Origin: an uncultured Acidobacteriota bacterium
GTDB taxonomy: Bacteria; Acidobacteriota; Terriglobia; Terriglobales; Acidobacteriaceae
Length of the DNA: 64,000 nt
Assembly (NCBI GenBank): GCA_963842345.1
Contig: CAWJGD010000027.1
Location: forward strand, 77,383-141,382
Direction of reading: 5' to 3'
Numbering within the stretch: the first letter of the stretch is position 1; every line of letters starts with the position of its first letter. This document shows, in pieces, positions 30,432 to 39,236 of this stretch. The notes beneath the pieces were generated by a model, which searched no databases, was not told the DNA's origin, and saw only the letters and a list, made by a program, of their open reading frames with translations. The position numbers and the translations under genes are program-made.

Positions 30432-31932
30432 ATGGATGACGCCGCCAAAGCGAAAGAGCAGCGCGAACGCGGGATCGGCTACTGGATGGAACGAGTCGTC
30501 GCCGAAGCCGAGAAGACGCGCGCCGATTTCGCCGCCGATCCGGTTCACGATCTGCGGGTGGCGCTGCGGCGTTGCCGCTCGATGGCGGAAAGCTTTCGCG
30601 CGGTAGATCCCGACCCGGCCTGGAACAAGATGCGCAAAGCCGGCAAAGCCGTGTTCTCCGCGCTGGGAGAGCTGCGCGACTGTCAGGTATTGATGGAATG
30701 GATTACCAAACTGAGCGGCAAAGAAGACGCTGCCGGCGGCAAACTGATGGCCCACTGCCTGGCGCGTGAGCAGCAGCTTAAGAGCACGGCGGCGGAGGTG
30801 CTGACCGGCTTCGACGCGCGGCAATGGCTTCATTGGGCGCAGACGCTGGAGGCTCGCGCCCGCCGCATCGAGGGCCACGAAGATGTGTTCCAGGTGCTGG
30901 CACTGGAAAAATGGCAGGAGGCGCGGCATCTGCACTCGACCGCGCTGCGCAATCGCAGCAAGGTCGCGCTGCATCAGCTTCGCATCGGAGTCAAGCGATT
31001 CCGCTATGTCATCGAGAATTTTCTGCCGCGTCATCACGAGAAGTGGGGCGGGGATATGAAAGCCATCCAGGATGAACTAGGTGACGTGCACGATCTCGAT
31101 GTGCTTTGGGCCACCGCGTGCGCGATCCATGCCTTCGGCGGCGAAGAAGAGCGATCGCGTTGGAACCGGGTCGTTTCGGCGGAGCGCGAAAAACGGGTGC
31201 AGGCATACCGCGACAAAATGCTCGGCCCAGCTTCGCTTTGGCGGCAATGGCGAGATGGATTGCTGAAGGGCGACGAGTTGCGCCGGGCGGTGCTGAAGAG
31301 GTTCGAAATCTGGGCGGCCTTTCAGGATGAAGATCAGCGGCATGCCAGGCACGTTTTGCGCCTGAGCCTGGAGCTTTACGATGGCCTTCGCCGGGCGGGC
31401 GTGCTGAAGGTGAACGAATATGAGGGAGTGACCGCGCGGGATCTGTTGACGGTTGCATCGCGGGCTCATGACGTTGGCGTTGGCACGGGCACGCGCGCGC
31501 ATCACAAGCGAGCGCACCGAATTATGCGAAAAGCTTGAACCGCCGCCGGGCTGGACGGCGGAGCACTTATCTATGGCGGGGCTGATCAGCCGCTACCATC
31601 GCGGGGCTTTGCCGGGGACGCAGGCGAGCTATAGCAGCCTGCCGGCTGCCGCGCGTAAGGCCGTCAATGCGCTGGCCGGAATCCTTAGGCTGGCCGACCG
31701 CCTCGACGAAGCTCACGATCAATCGATTGCGCGAATCCGCGTCGAGCGAGCCGACGGGTTCGTGCTGATACGGGCCGACGGTTATCGCGAACTCACCCGT
31801 TCCGCCGAGCACATCGCGGCCGCTCGGCATCTGCTGGAAGCTGTCTGCGGGATGCCGGTATTGATCCGTCCCGGCGCGGACGGAAAGACTCCCAGGGCGG
31901 CAAAAAAACCAAGCGCAACTCATGCTCCGTAG
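30432..31932 (+). CDS. CHAD-domain protein fused to a Ppx/GppA C-terminal (HD-like) domain; +1 frameshift near 31520
   Basis: ORFs 30432..31538 and 31453..31932 join. The CHAD region has helical His/Arg motifs (VHDLRVALRRCRS, LHQLRIGVKRFRY, ELGDVHDLDV). This is followed by AHDVG...HHKRA...PPGW...LISRYHRG...ILRLADRLD, as in Ppx domains III-IV. Confidence 0.75.
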
Positions 31933-32099
31933 GCAAAACTACCACGACCAACACCGGGCTAGGCTGGACATTCACGCTGTTTCAGGTGAAGTGAAACGAA
32001 GAGTCTCTTTGCGTTGAGCCCGGGAGACCATGCAACCGCGCGAGGTGAGAGAATAGGACCATAGCCCTGGGGTGTGGCTAGCCAGGCGGAGGTGAAGGA

Positions 32100-32945
32100 A
32101 TGGAACGACGTCATTTCGGTCCCAGCAAGAGCGAAGTGGCGGTCATCGGTCAGGGTACCTGGTACATCGAAGACGGCGCTCGCAAGACGGTGATCGCCGC
32201 TTTGCAACTGGGCCTCGACCTGGGGGCCACGCACATCGACACGGCCGAGATGTACGGCTCGGGCGCCGCCGAGGAGATCGTCGGCGAGGCTATCGCAGGC
32301 CGGCGTAACGAGGTTTTTCTGGTCTCGAAGGTCCTTCCCAGCAACGCCAGCCGCCGGGGAACCATTGCAGCCTGTGAGCGTTCGCTGGCGCATCTGAAGA
32401 CCGACCGGCTTGATTGTTACCTGCTGCACTGGTCAGGCAGCCATCCGCTGGAGGAGACCATCGCCGCTTTCGAACAGCTGCAAAGCCAGGGCAAAATCAT
32501 GTCCTGGGGGGTGAGCAACTTCGACGTCTCCGAGTTGGAAGAGGTGTACAACATTGCCGGCGAAGGACGCCTGGTTTGCAACCAAGTGCTTTACCATCTG
32601 AAAGAACGGGCCATCGAGCATGGCGTGCTTCCCTGGTGCGAAAGACACGGCGTTGCGGTGGTCGCCTACAGCCCATTCGGTCACGGGGATTTTCCCGGGC
32701 CCGGCAGCGCCGGAGGCCGCGTGCTGCAAGCAATTGCCGACGCCCACGACGCGACTCCACGGCAGGTTGCACTGCGATTCCTGCTGCGGCGCTCGTCGGT
32801 GTTTACCATTCCTAAGGCTTCAACCGCCGAGCATGCGGCGGAAAACGCGGGGGCCGGAAAGCTTCACTTGACCGACGCCGAGATCGCACGGCTCGACGAG
32901 GCGTTCCCGCGCGGGCCTAAGCCTCGCGCCCTGCCAATGCTGTAG
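32100..32945 (+). CDS. Aldo/keto reductase
   Basis: ORF 32100..32945 has HIDTAEMYG, LVSKV, LDCYLLHW, GVSNF and SPFG motifs. Confidence 0.9.
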   Translation: MERRHFGPSKSEVAVIGQGTWYIEDGARKTVIAALQLGLDLGATHIDTAEMYGSGAAEEIVGEAIAGRRNEVFLVSKVLPSNASRRGTIAACERSLAHLKTDRLDCYLLHWSGSHPLEETIAAFEQLQSQGKIMSWGVSNFDVSELEEVYNIAGEGRLVCNQVLYHLKERAIEHGVLPWCERHGVAVVAYSPFGHGDFPGPGSAGGRVLQAIADAHDATPRQVALRFLLRRSSVFTIPKASTAEHAAENAGAGKLHLTDAEIARLDEAFPRGPKPRALPML

Positions 32946-33152
32946 AAGCCCGCTTTAATCAAAATGAATGCAATTTAGATTGCGGCGAACGATAAAACGC
33001 CGCGTGGCGTGAAATCAAGCAAGGGTGGAATCCGCAGACCATGCGGCAATTGTTGCCCGCTCTGGACTGAATTTAATTTAATTAAAATCATAAATTTACG
33101 AAGATTGCACGGTCAACCGACAGGTTTGCTCGGAGGCTTGGCGGATTTTGCC

Positions 33153-33209
33153 TTGACGTGCAGAATCGCCGTACCGTATTGTTTTGCTCGAACCGATTGT
33201 ATGCAATCG
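33153..33209 (+). promoter_or_regulatory. Candidate sigma70-type promoter (TTGACG-18-TATTGT) followed by palindrome CGATTG-TATG-CAATCG
   Basis: Lies in the 450-bp AT-rich gap upstream of the UPF0261 gene. A related palindrome (GCAAT-TTAG-ATTGC) is at 32970..32983. Confidence 0.3.
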
Positions 33210-33396
33210 TAAGTCAGTTTTTATCATAAGAAAGAGTGGGCCTGTCCGGCGGGCTGCATGGTTGCCTTGCAGAGGCAGACCAGCTTCGCAAAAGGTATAT
33301 CCTATTAGCCCGGCTGCGGGTCTACCTGCATGGAAACCGCTTCTAGCTGCTCATGCACGATCAGCCGGTTGCCGCTGAAAAGAGTTTTGAACATCG

Positions 33397-34683
33397 ATGC
33401 CGATCGCACTGATAAGCACACTGGACACAAAAGGGCGCGAGGTCGCGTATCTCAAGTCGTGCCTCAAGGAGTTGGGGCGGTCGGTGGTGGTGATCGATGT
33501 AGGTATGGCGGAGCCTGTCGGAGTTGCGCCGGAGATTTCGCGTTTCGAGGTGGCCGAGGCCGCAGGCACCGATCTGCGCAAGCTGAGCGGACGGCAGCGC
33601 GATGAAGTGATGGCTACGATGGGACGCGGAGCCGGCGAGGTGTTGCACAGGCTCTGGGCCCAGGCCGAACTGTCGGGTGTGCTTGGACTGGGCGGAAACC
33701 AGGGTACGGCTGTCGTCTGCGCCGCCATGCGCGAACTGCCGCTGGGTGTTCCCAAGTTCATGGTGTCGACGGTTGCCTCGGGGAACATGCGTCCCTACAT
33801 CGGGACCAGTGATATCGCCGTGCTGTTTTCGGTGGCCGATCTGTTAGGCGGGCCGAACCCGGTGCTCGAACCGGTGCTGCGAAACGCGGCGGCGGCGATT
33901 GCCGGCATGGCTGCCATGCCGCCGGTTTCAGATTCATCGGACAAACCCTTGGTGGCAATCACGGCTTTGGGAAACACGCACCCGGCGGTTGCGAGAGCGG
34001 TGGAAATTCTGCGTGGCGCGGGATTGCAGATTGCCGTCTTCCATGCTTCCGGGGCCTGCGGCTCCGCCATGGAACGATTGATTCGCGCCGGCCGCGTGGC
34101 GGCGGTGCTGGAGCTTACGCCGCATGAGCTGACGGAAGAGGTATTGAAAGCCGGCGTCTACCAGCCGGTGGAAGGCAAACGTCTGATTGCCGCCGGAGAG
34201 ATGGGTATTCCTCAGGTGGTGGCTCCGGGCAGCGTCGAGTATCTTTGCTTCGGACCGCGGGAGTCGATTCCGGCGCGCTTGCGGCGAAGACGCACGTATT
34301 TGCACAACCGCTCGAACGCCAACGTCAGGACCAGCCGCGAAGAGATGGCCAAAGTGGGCGGGGTACTCGCCGAACGGCTGAATCGGGCCAAGGGTCCGGT
34401 TGCCATGGTCTTGCCGCTGAAAGGCTGGTCGGTCTACGGCGCTCCCGGGGGACCGTTGCACGATGCTAAGGCCGATGCGGCTTTTGTGCAATCGCTGACG
34501 CGCACTTTGCGCAAGAACATAGCGTTCCACAAGCTTCCGCTGCATATCAACGACCCGGCATTTGCCCAGCACTGCTGTCAATTGCTGATGCAGTTTATGG
34601 CGAAGCAAGAGGGTAGCGCGGGCGATGACAAAACGATCAGCTCTGGAGCTAGGGCTGTTACTGGTGGAACTACCCCACGTTAG
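33397..34683 (+). CDS. UPF0261 (Tm-1-like ATP-binding) family protein
   Basis: ORF 33397..34683. The pattern MPIALISTLDTKGREVAYLK...GLGGNQGT...PKFMVSTVASG...ITALGNT...FHASGACG...GIPQVVAPG is typical of UPF0261. The last codons run into a REP-like repeat. Confidence 0.8.
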   Translation: MPIALISTLDTKGREVAYLKSCLKELGRSVVVIDVGMAEPVGVAPEISRFEVAEAAGTDLRKLSGRQRDEVMATMGRGAGEVLHRLWAQAELSGVLGLGGNQGTAVVCAAMRELPLGVPKFMVSTVASGNMRPYIGTSDIAVLFSVADLLGGPNPVLEPVLRNAAAAIAGMAAMPPVSDSSDKPLVAITALGNTHPAVARAVEILRGAGLQIAVFHASGACGSAMERLIRAGRVAAVLELTPHELTEEVLKAGVYQPVEGKRLIAAGEMGIPQVVAPGSVEYLCFGPRESIPARLRRRRTYLHNRSNANVRTSREEMAKVGGVLAERLNRAKGPVAMVLPLKGWSVYGAPGGPLHDAKADAAFVQSLTRTLRKNIAFHKLPLHINDPAFAQHCCQLLMQFMAKQEGSAGDDKTISSGARAVTGGTTPR

Positions 34684-34710
34684 CCAAAAGCAGGCGAACA
34701 TGGGGCACCC
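34673..34710. repeat. Repeat family B hairpin
   Basis: CCCCACGTTAGCCAAAAGCAGGCGAACATGGGGCACCC, preceded by ACTA as at 42371 and 55781. Confidence 0.8.
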
Positions 34711-34750
34711 GCGGTGCAGTTTCTCGAACTTAGGTTGGTGGAGAGGGACG

Positions 34751-35893
34751 ATGAATAAGGCGACGACGAAAACGGTTGAAGACAGCGATTATGCCGTTCC
34801 GGCGACCATGAAAGCGTGGGTCATAGACGGTCCGGGGCAGCTCAGGTTCGCAGAAAAAGCGGTTCCGGAGCCGGGGCCGGCCGAAGTTTTGGTGCGCGTC
34901 GATGCCTGCGCCTTTTGCGGCACCGATGTCGAGATTATTGCCCGGGGAGTGCCGGCGATGATCGAGGGCGGCCTGCCGTTCAACAAGCAGTTCACCCCCG
35001 GCCACGAATACATGGGCACGGTGGTCAAACTCGGAGCCGGTGTCGATGAGTATAGCGTTGGCGACCGTGTGGCGGTCGAAATCCACGCCGGATGCGGGCG
35101 CTGCGAAAGATGCCGTTCGGGCATGTACACCGCCTGCACCAACTACGGCAAGAATTACGGTGAACACGACAAGGGACATCGCGCCAACGGCTTCACCACC
35201 GACGGAGGTTTTGCGGAATATGCGATCAACCACGTCAATACGCTGGTGCATGTGCCCGACTGGATGAGCGACGAAGAGGCTACGCTGATTGTGACGGCCG
35301 GGACAGCCATGTACGGGCTGGACGCGCTCGGCGGATTGATTGCCGGAGAAAGCCTGGTGGTCACCGGTCCCGGGCCGATCGGACTCATGGGTGTAGCGGT
35401 GGGCAAGGCGCTGGGCGCGGACCCGGTGATCCTGACGGGCACTCGCGATGCCCGGTTGAATCTTGGCCTGAAGCTGGGCGCCGACTATGTGATCAACGTC
35501 AGGAACGAGGACCCGGTGCAGGCGGTGCGGCGGATCACCGGCGGCAAAGGGGTTCACTATGTAATGGAGTGCTCGGGCAATCCCGGAGCTCTCAACGAGG
35601 CGCTGGACATGGTAAACCGCGGAGGCAAGATATGCCTGGCCTCGTACCCGTCGGAGCCTGTGCTGGTGGACCTGGCCAAACTGACGCGCAACAATATCTT
35701 CTTGTACGGCATTCGCGGCGAAGGCAGGAGCGCGACCCACAGGGCGGCGGCGCTGATGAAGCAGAAACGCTTCGACGCCAAGCTGCTGCACACGCACACC
35801 TTCCCGCTGGCGGAGGTGCCGACCGCGTTGAAGTATTGTCGCGAGAGAATCGAAGACGCTATCAAGGTCGTGGTCAAGGTGCACGGCTCCTGA
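34751..35893 (+). CDS. Zn-dependent medium-chain dehydrogenase (sorbitol/threonine dehydrogenase-like)
   Basis: ATG 34751 with a GGAGAGGGA SD lies inside ORF 34625..35893. Motifs are CAFCGTDVE, GHEYMGTV, the structural Zn site CGRCERCRSGMYTAC, and GPGPIG. Confidence 0.9.
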   Translation: MNKATTKTVEDSDYAVPATMKAWVIDGPGQLRFAEKAVPEPGPAEVLVRVDACAFCGTDVEIIARGVPAMIEGGLPFNKQFTPGHEYMGTVVKLGAGVDEYSVGDRVAVEIHAGCGRCERCRSGMYTACTNYGKNYGEHDKGHRANGFTTDGGFAEYAINHVNTLVHVPDWMSDEEATLIVTAGTAMYGLDALGGLIAGESLVVTGPGPIGLMGVAVGKALGADPVILTGTRDARLNLGLKLGADYVINVRNEDPVQAVRRITGGKGVHYVMECSGNPGALNEALDMVNRGGKICLASYPSEPVLVDLAKLTRNNIFLYGIRGEGRSATHRAAALMKQKRFDAKLLHTHTFPLAEVPTALKYCRERIEDAIKVVVKVHGS

Positions 35894-36005
35894 CGGCTAT
35901 TAACGGCGGGCTAACTGTCACCCGCAACAAACGCCAAAGGGCGTTTGCCGGGGGCTTCGTGTCACCGCAACAAACACTGAATAAGTTCCAAAGGAGAAAG
36001 CAAGC

Positions 36006-36901
36006 ATGGCAACGCTACCGAAATATGATCTTCTCGAGGTGCCGTGGACCGATGTGGCCGCATGGATCAAGGCTGGAAACGACGTGGTGATGATCCCGAT
36101 CGGCAGCATGGAGAAGCACGGCCATCACGTGCCCCTGGGAGTCGATTCCTATACCACCATGGGCAGCGTGGAACGGGCGGCTGTGAAAGCCAAAGTTCCC
36201 TACACCCCGCTGATGCCTTTTGGCGTTTCCCCGCACCATATGGGGGAAGCGGGTTGGGGCACCGGGACCATCTCGCTTGCCGTTTGAGATCTACCGGACC
36301 GTTCTGTATGCCATCGGCCGCAGCCTGATTTTTTCCGGCTTCAACAAGCTGGTCTTCGTTTCGCACCACGGCACGAACATGCAGCCGCAGGGAGAGGTGC
36401 TGCGTACGCTGCGGGCTGAGACCGGCTGCTTCTGCGCCTTTTATAAGACTCCAACCGAGAGGGACTGCGCGGTCGTGGCCGACCTCATGACCGGTCCAGC
36501 CGAGGAGACTCCGGGCTGGCATGCGGGCGAGTTGGAGACCTCTACCTGCATGGCGTACATGAAGGAAAAGGGGACCTATGAAGGTTCCATCCTCATGGAA
36601 CGCGGCAAGCCCGACCGGGCGCACGCTCCCAAGTGGATGGGGCCGAAGTTCACCAAGCGCGACGGAACCAATACCGTGATCTTCCAGGGCTCGGAGAACA
36701 TTTTCATTCCGATGCTGCATCACGAGTACTCGGATACGGCGACCATCGGCAACCCGCTGCGCTCCAGCGTGGAGCAGGGCGTTGCAGTTTTCGAGCGCAT
36801 CAGCGATCATTTGGCCGGCGTTCCTGGAAGAGGTCAAGAAGTTCCCGTTCAAGGTGCCCGCCGAAAAGAGGGATTGGCCGGGCCGCTTCTGGAGAGGGTA
36901 A
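36006..36901 (+). CDS. Creatininase-family amidohydrolase; two +1 frameshifts (~36275, ~36812)
   Basis: ORFs 36006..36287 and 36220..36915, plus a third frame giving AFLEEVKKFPFKVPAEKRDWPGRFWRG*. Motifs are IPIGSMEKHGHHVPLGVD, FVSHHGTN and WHAGELETS. Confidence 0.8.
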
Positions 36902-36907
36902 TAAAAG

Positions 36908-37142
36908 GCTGCTGAAAAACTCTTCTCCGAGGGTGTCATCCTGAGCGCAGCCGGGGTCCCCGGCGAGCCCTGCTCGCTGGGGTGATTGCGGTGGAGGAGC
37001 GAAGGATCTGCTGTTTGCGCGCGTTAAGAGTAAAGCAGATCCTTCGGTCGCCCGCCCCAACATGCGCAACTACGGCGCCTGTCGGGGACCCCGCAAAACC
37101 GACGCGACCTCAGGATGACACTGGTACGAGTTTTTCAGCAGC
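36908..37142. repeat. Composite 235-bp palindromic element (family A arms enclosing two family D hairpins)
   Basis: GCTGCTGAAAAACTC...GTCATCCTGAG at the left end mirrors CTCAGGATGAC...GAGTTTTTCAGCAGC at the right end. The internal CGAAGGATCTGCTG / CAGATCCTTCG pair and the D-type hairpins lie at 36951..36986 and 37055..37094. Confidence 0.85.
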
Positions 37143-37182
37143 CCGCTAGGCAATTTTTACGAACTACAATCAAGGATCGAAT

Positions 37183-37815
37183 ATGGCAGGCATCAGCGAA
37201 GGGAAGGTCACGGGGCAGACAGACGCGGTGGTCGCGCGTTGTGCTGAAGAATTGCAAGCAATCTGTCAAAGGGCCTACGACCGAGGTCTGGTCGGCGGAG
37301 CCGGAGGCAACATCAGCGTCCGCATTCCCGGCAGGGAAGAGGCGTTGATTTCAGCGACCGGCGTCTCGTTGGGCGAAATAATGCCGGCGACGATGGTGCG
37401 GGTCAGCCTGCAGGGAGAGGTTCTGGAGGCGCACGGGGGCTGCCGTCCCTCGAAGGAAACTGGATTTCATGTCTGCGCCTACCGGCTGCGTCCGCAGGTT
37501 GGGGCGGTGGTACACCTTCATCCGCCCTTTGCCACGGCCTTTGCCGTACGGGGCAAAGAGATTCCGCTGGTCACCGACGGCGCGATGCTCATTCTGAAGC
37601 GCGTTCCGGTGGTTGGCCATGCGCCGTCCGGGTCGGCGGAGTTGCACCGCATCGTCGAGGAGGGACTGCTGCGTTATCCCGAGGCGAAAGTGATCCTCAT
37701 GGAGCGCCATGGCATGTTCAGTATGGGAGCCGACTTGACGATGGCATACAACTTGGCCGACCTGGTGGAAGACACAGCAAAAATCGCGCTTCTGTCTCGG
37801 CTGATTCCGGATTAG
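37183..37815 (+). CDS. Class II aldolase/adducin-family protein (fuculose-phosphate aldolase / 3-oxo-acid-phosphate decarboxylase-like)
   Basis: ORF 37183..37815 has GGAGGNISVR, PSKETGFH, VVHLHPPFATAF and MERHGMFSMG motifs. Confidence 0.85.
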   Translation: MAGISEGKVTGQTDAVVARCAEELQAICQRAYDRGLVGGAGGNISVRIPGREEALISATGVSLGEIMPATMVRVSLQGEVLEAHGGCRPSKETGFHVCAYRLRPQVGAVVHLHPPFATAFAVRGKEIPLVTDGAMLILKRVPVVGHAPSGSAELHRIVEEGLLRYPEAKVILMERHGMFSMGADLTMAYNLADLVEDTAKIALLSRLIPD

Positions 37816-37862
37816 GCGCACGCGTACTTAATATAGCTGTCGCTGCCCACAAATCTACAAGA

Positions 37863-37897
37863 CCCACATCTGCTAACTGCGGCAGATATGGGGCACC
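37863..37897. repeat. Repeat family B-like hairpin
   Basis: CCCACATCTGCTAACTGCGGCAGATATGGGGCACC. Confidence 0.6.
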
Positions 37898-37935
37898 AGG
37901 CAGTTTCAGTGGTGTACACAAGAAAGATTATTCCA

Positions 37936-38138
37936 GCGTGTCACCCTGAGGAGCGTCCGTTAGGACGCGACGTGAGGGTCTATGTATTTACTTTTTGCGG
38001 CCTTCGGGTGGCACTCGGTCAAATGCATAGATCGTCACGTCGGTTCACAAACCGGGGTCTCCGGCAACGGCTGTTTCTGCCGTTGCTGGGGTGGAAAAGC
38101 GGCGAACCTCCTCACGATGACACCCGCAGCGAAGGATA
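37936..38138. repeat. Degenerate family A-like palindromic element
   Basis: GTCACCCTGAGGAGCG...GTGAGGGTCTATG on the left pairs with CATAGATCGTCAC... and CACGATGACACCCGCAGCGAAGGATAC on the right. Confidence 0.5.
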
Positions 38139-38181
38139 CAGTATCTCTGGTACCGCTCTGGTGACTAGGGCTCGTCGCTTC

Positions 38182-38943
38182 CTACCGACTTTTTTCCGTC
38201 TGCTCCGGTGGCGAATCTACGTCCGGGGTGAGCGTCTTCGCGGAAGCTGTTTCCCGCTTGCTTTCCTTTTCCAGGGCGTTGAAATGATCGACCACGCGTT
38301 GCGTCTGCGCGTGCAGATGCTGGCGCAGCAACTGGCCAAGCTCCGCGCCCGAGCGCCGCACCAAGGCGTCGAGAATCGCCTCATGCGACTTGATGGCGTC
38401 GGCCCAACGGGTGTGATCCCAAAGGTTCATGAGAAAACGGGCGCGCATGACGCGCAGCGCCAGAGCATCGTGGTTGGCGGTCAGCAACTGGTTGCCGGCA
38501 GCCTCGACAATGCGCCGGTGAATGGATTGATTGACCCGGAAGTACTCGGGCACCTGGGCGCGCAGGTAGTGCGCGAACATCTGGTAGTGCAGCGCCCGGA
38601 TGTCGGCGATGACATCGTCGGCAGCACGCTCGGCCGCCAGTTCCCCGGCCAGGCCTTCGAGCGCGGCCATGATCTCCATGGCATCGCAAATCTCTTTTTT
38701 GCGGAAGGTGGGGACGCGCGCTCCCCGGTTGGGGAGGATTTCGACCAAGCCTTCGGAGCGGAGCACCTTGAAGGCCTCGCGCAACGGGGTGCGCGAAACC
38801 TTGAAGCGTTCGCACAGGGAGCGCTCGACGATGCGCGAGCCGGGCTCAAGCTCTCCCTGGAGGATCATCTGCCGGATCTTCGAGAGAACTTCTTCGTGCA
38901 GACTGCCGGAATTTTTGTTCTTGCCTGTTTCCAGCGATTGCAT
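38182..38943 (-). CDS. GntR-family (FadR/FCD subfamily) transcriptional regulator
   Basis: ORF 38182..38943 has a winged HTH (ERSLCERFKVSRTPLREAFKVLRSEGLVEILPNRGARV) followed by an FCD-type helical domain. Confidence 0.9.
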   Translation of the reverse strand: MQSLETGKNKNSGSLHEEVLSKIRQMILQGELEPGSRIVERSLCERFKVSRTPLREAFKVLRSEGLVEILPNRGARVPTFRKKEICDAMEIMAALEGLAGELAAERAADDVIADIRALHYQMFAHYLRAQVPEYFRVNQSIHRRIVEAAGNQLLTANHDALALRVMRARFLMNLWDHTRWADAIKSHEAILDALVRRSGAELGQLLRQHLHAQTQRVVDHFNALEKESKRETASAKTLTPDVDSPPEQTEKSR

Positions 38944-39055
38944 GCAAATCTAAGGGTTGAGTAACCAACGCTATTTTAGTGTCAAGAGCGCGGCTGGGTC
39001 TAGCGTTGTTTAGAAGCTTGTTTCACCAACCGAAGTCAGAGGAAGAGGCGAATTT

Positions 39056-39122
39056 CCTCAGGGGCTAAAGCCCGTATTTTTGTTGTTTCTTAACGGCGCG
39101 GCTGAAGCCGCGCCCCTTCAAA
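39056..39122. repeat. Repeat family C
   Basis: CCTCAGGGGCTAAAGCCCGTATTTTTGTTGTTTCTTAACGGCGCGGCTGAAGCCGCGCCCCTTCAAA. Confidence 0.8.
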
Positions 39123-39236
39123 TAACCATTTCCAAGGCGTCGAAGATCGCAGTGCATTGTATGTCCGAAGCAGACGACGCCGCTATGGTGCGGACGGCAT
39201 GCTTCAAATCGCAAGTGAATGCAATCATGAGTGCTG

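Noticed and set aside
36908-37142. The 235-bp palindromic element as an insertion sequence.
   Set aside because: It has no coding capacity for a transposase. It is built from short repeat modules found elsewhere, so it is better described as a composite REP/MITE-like element.
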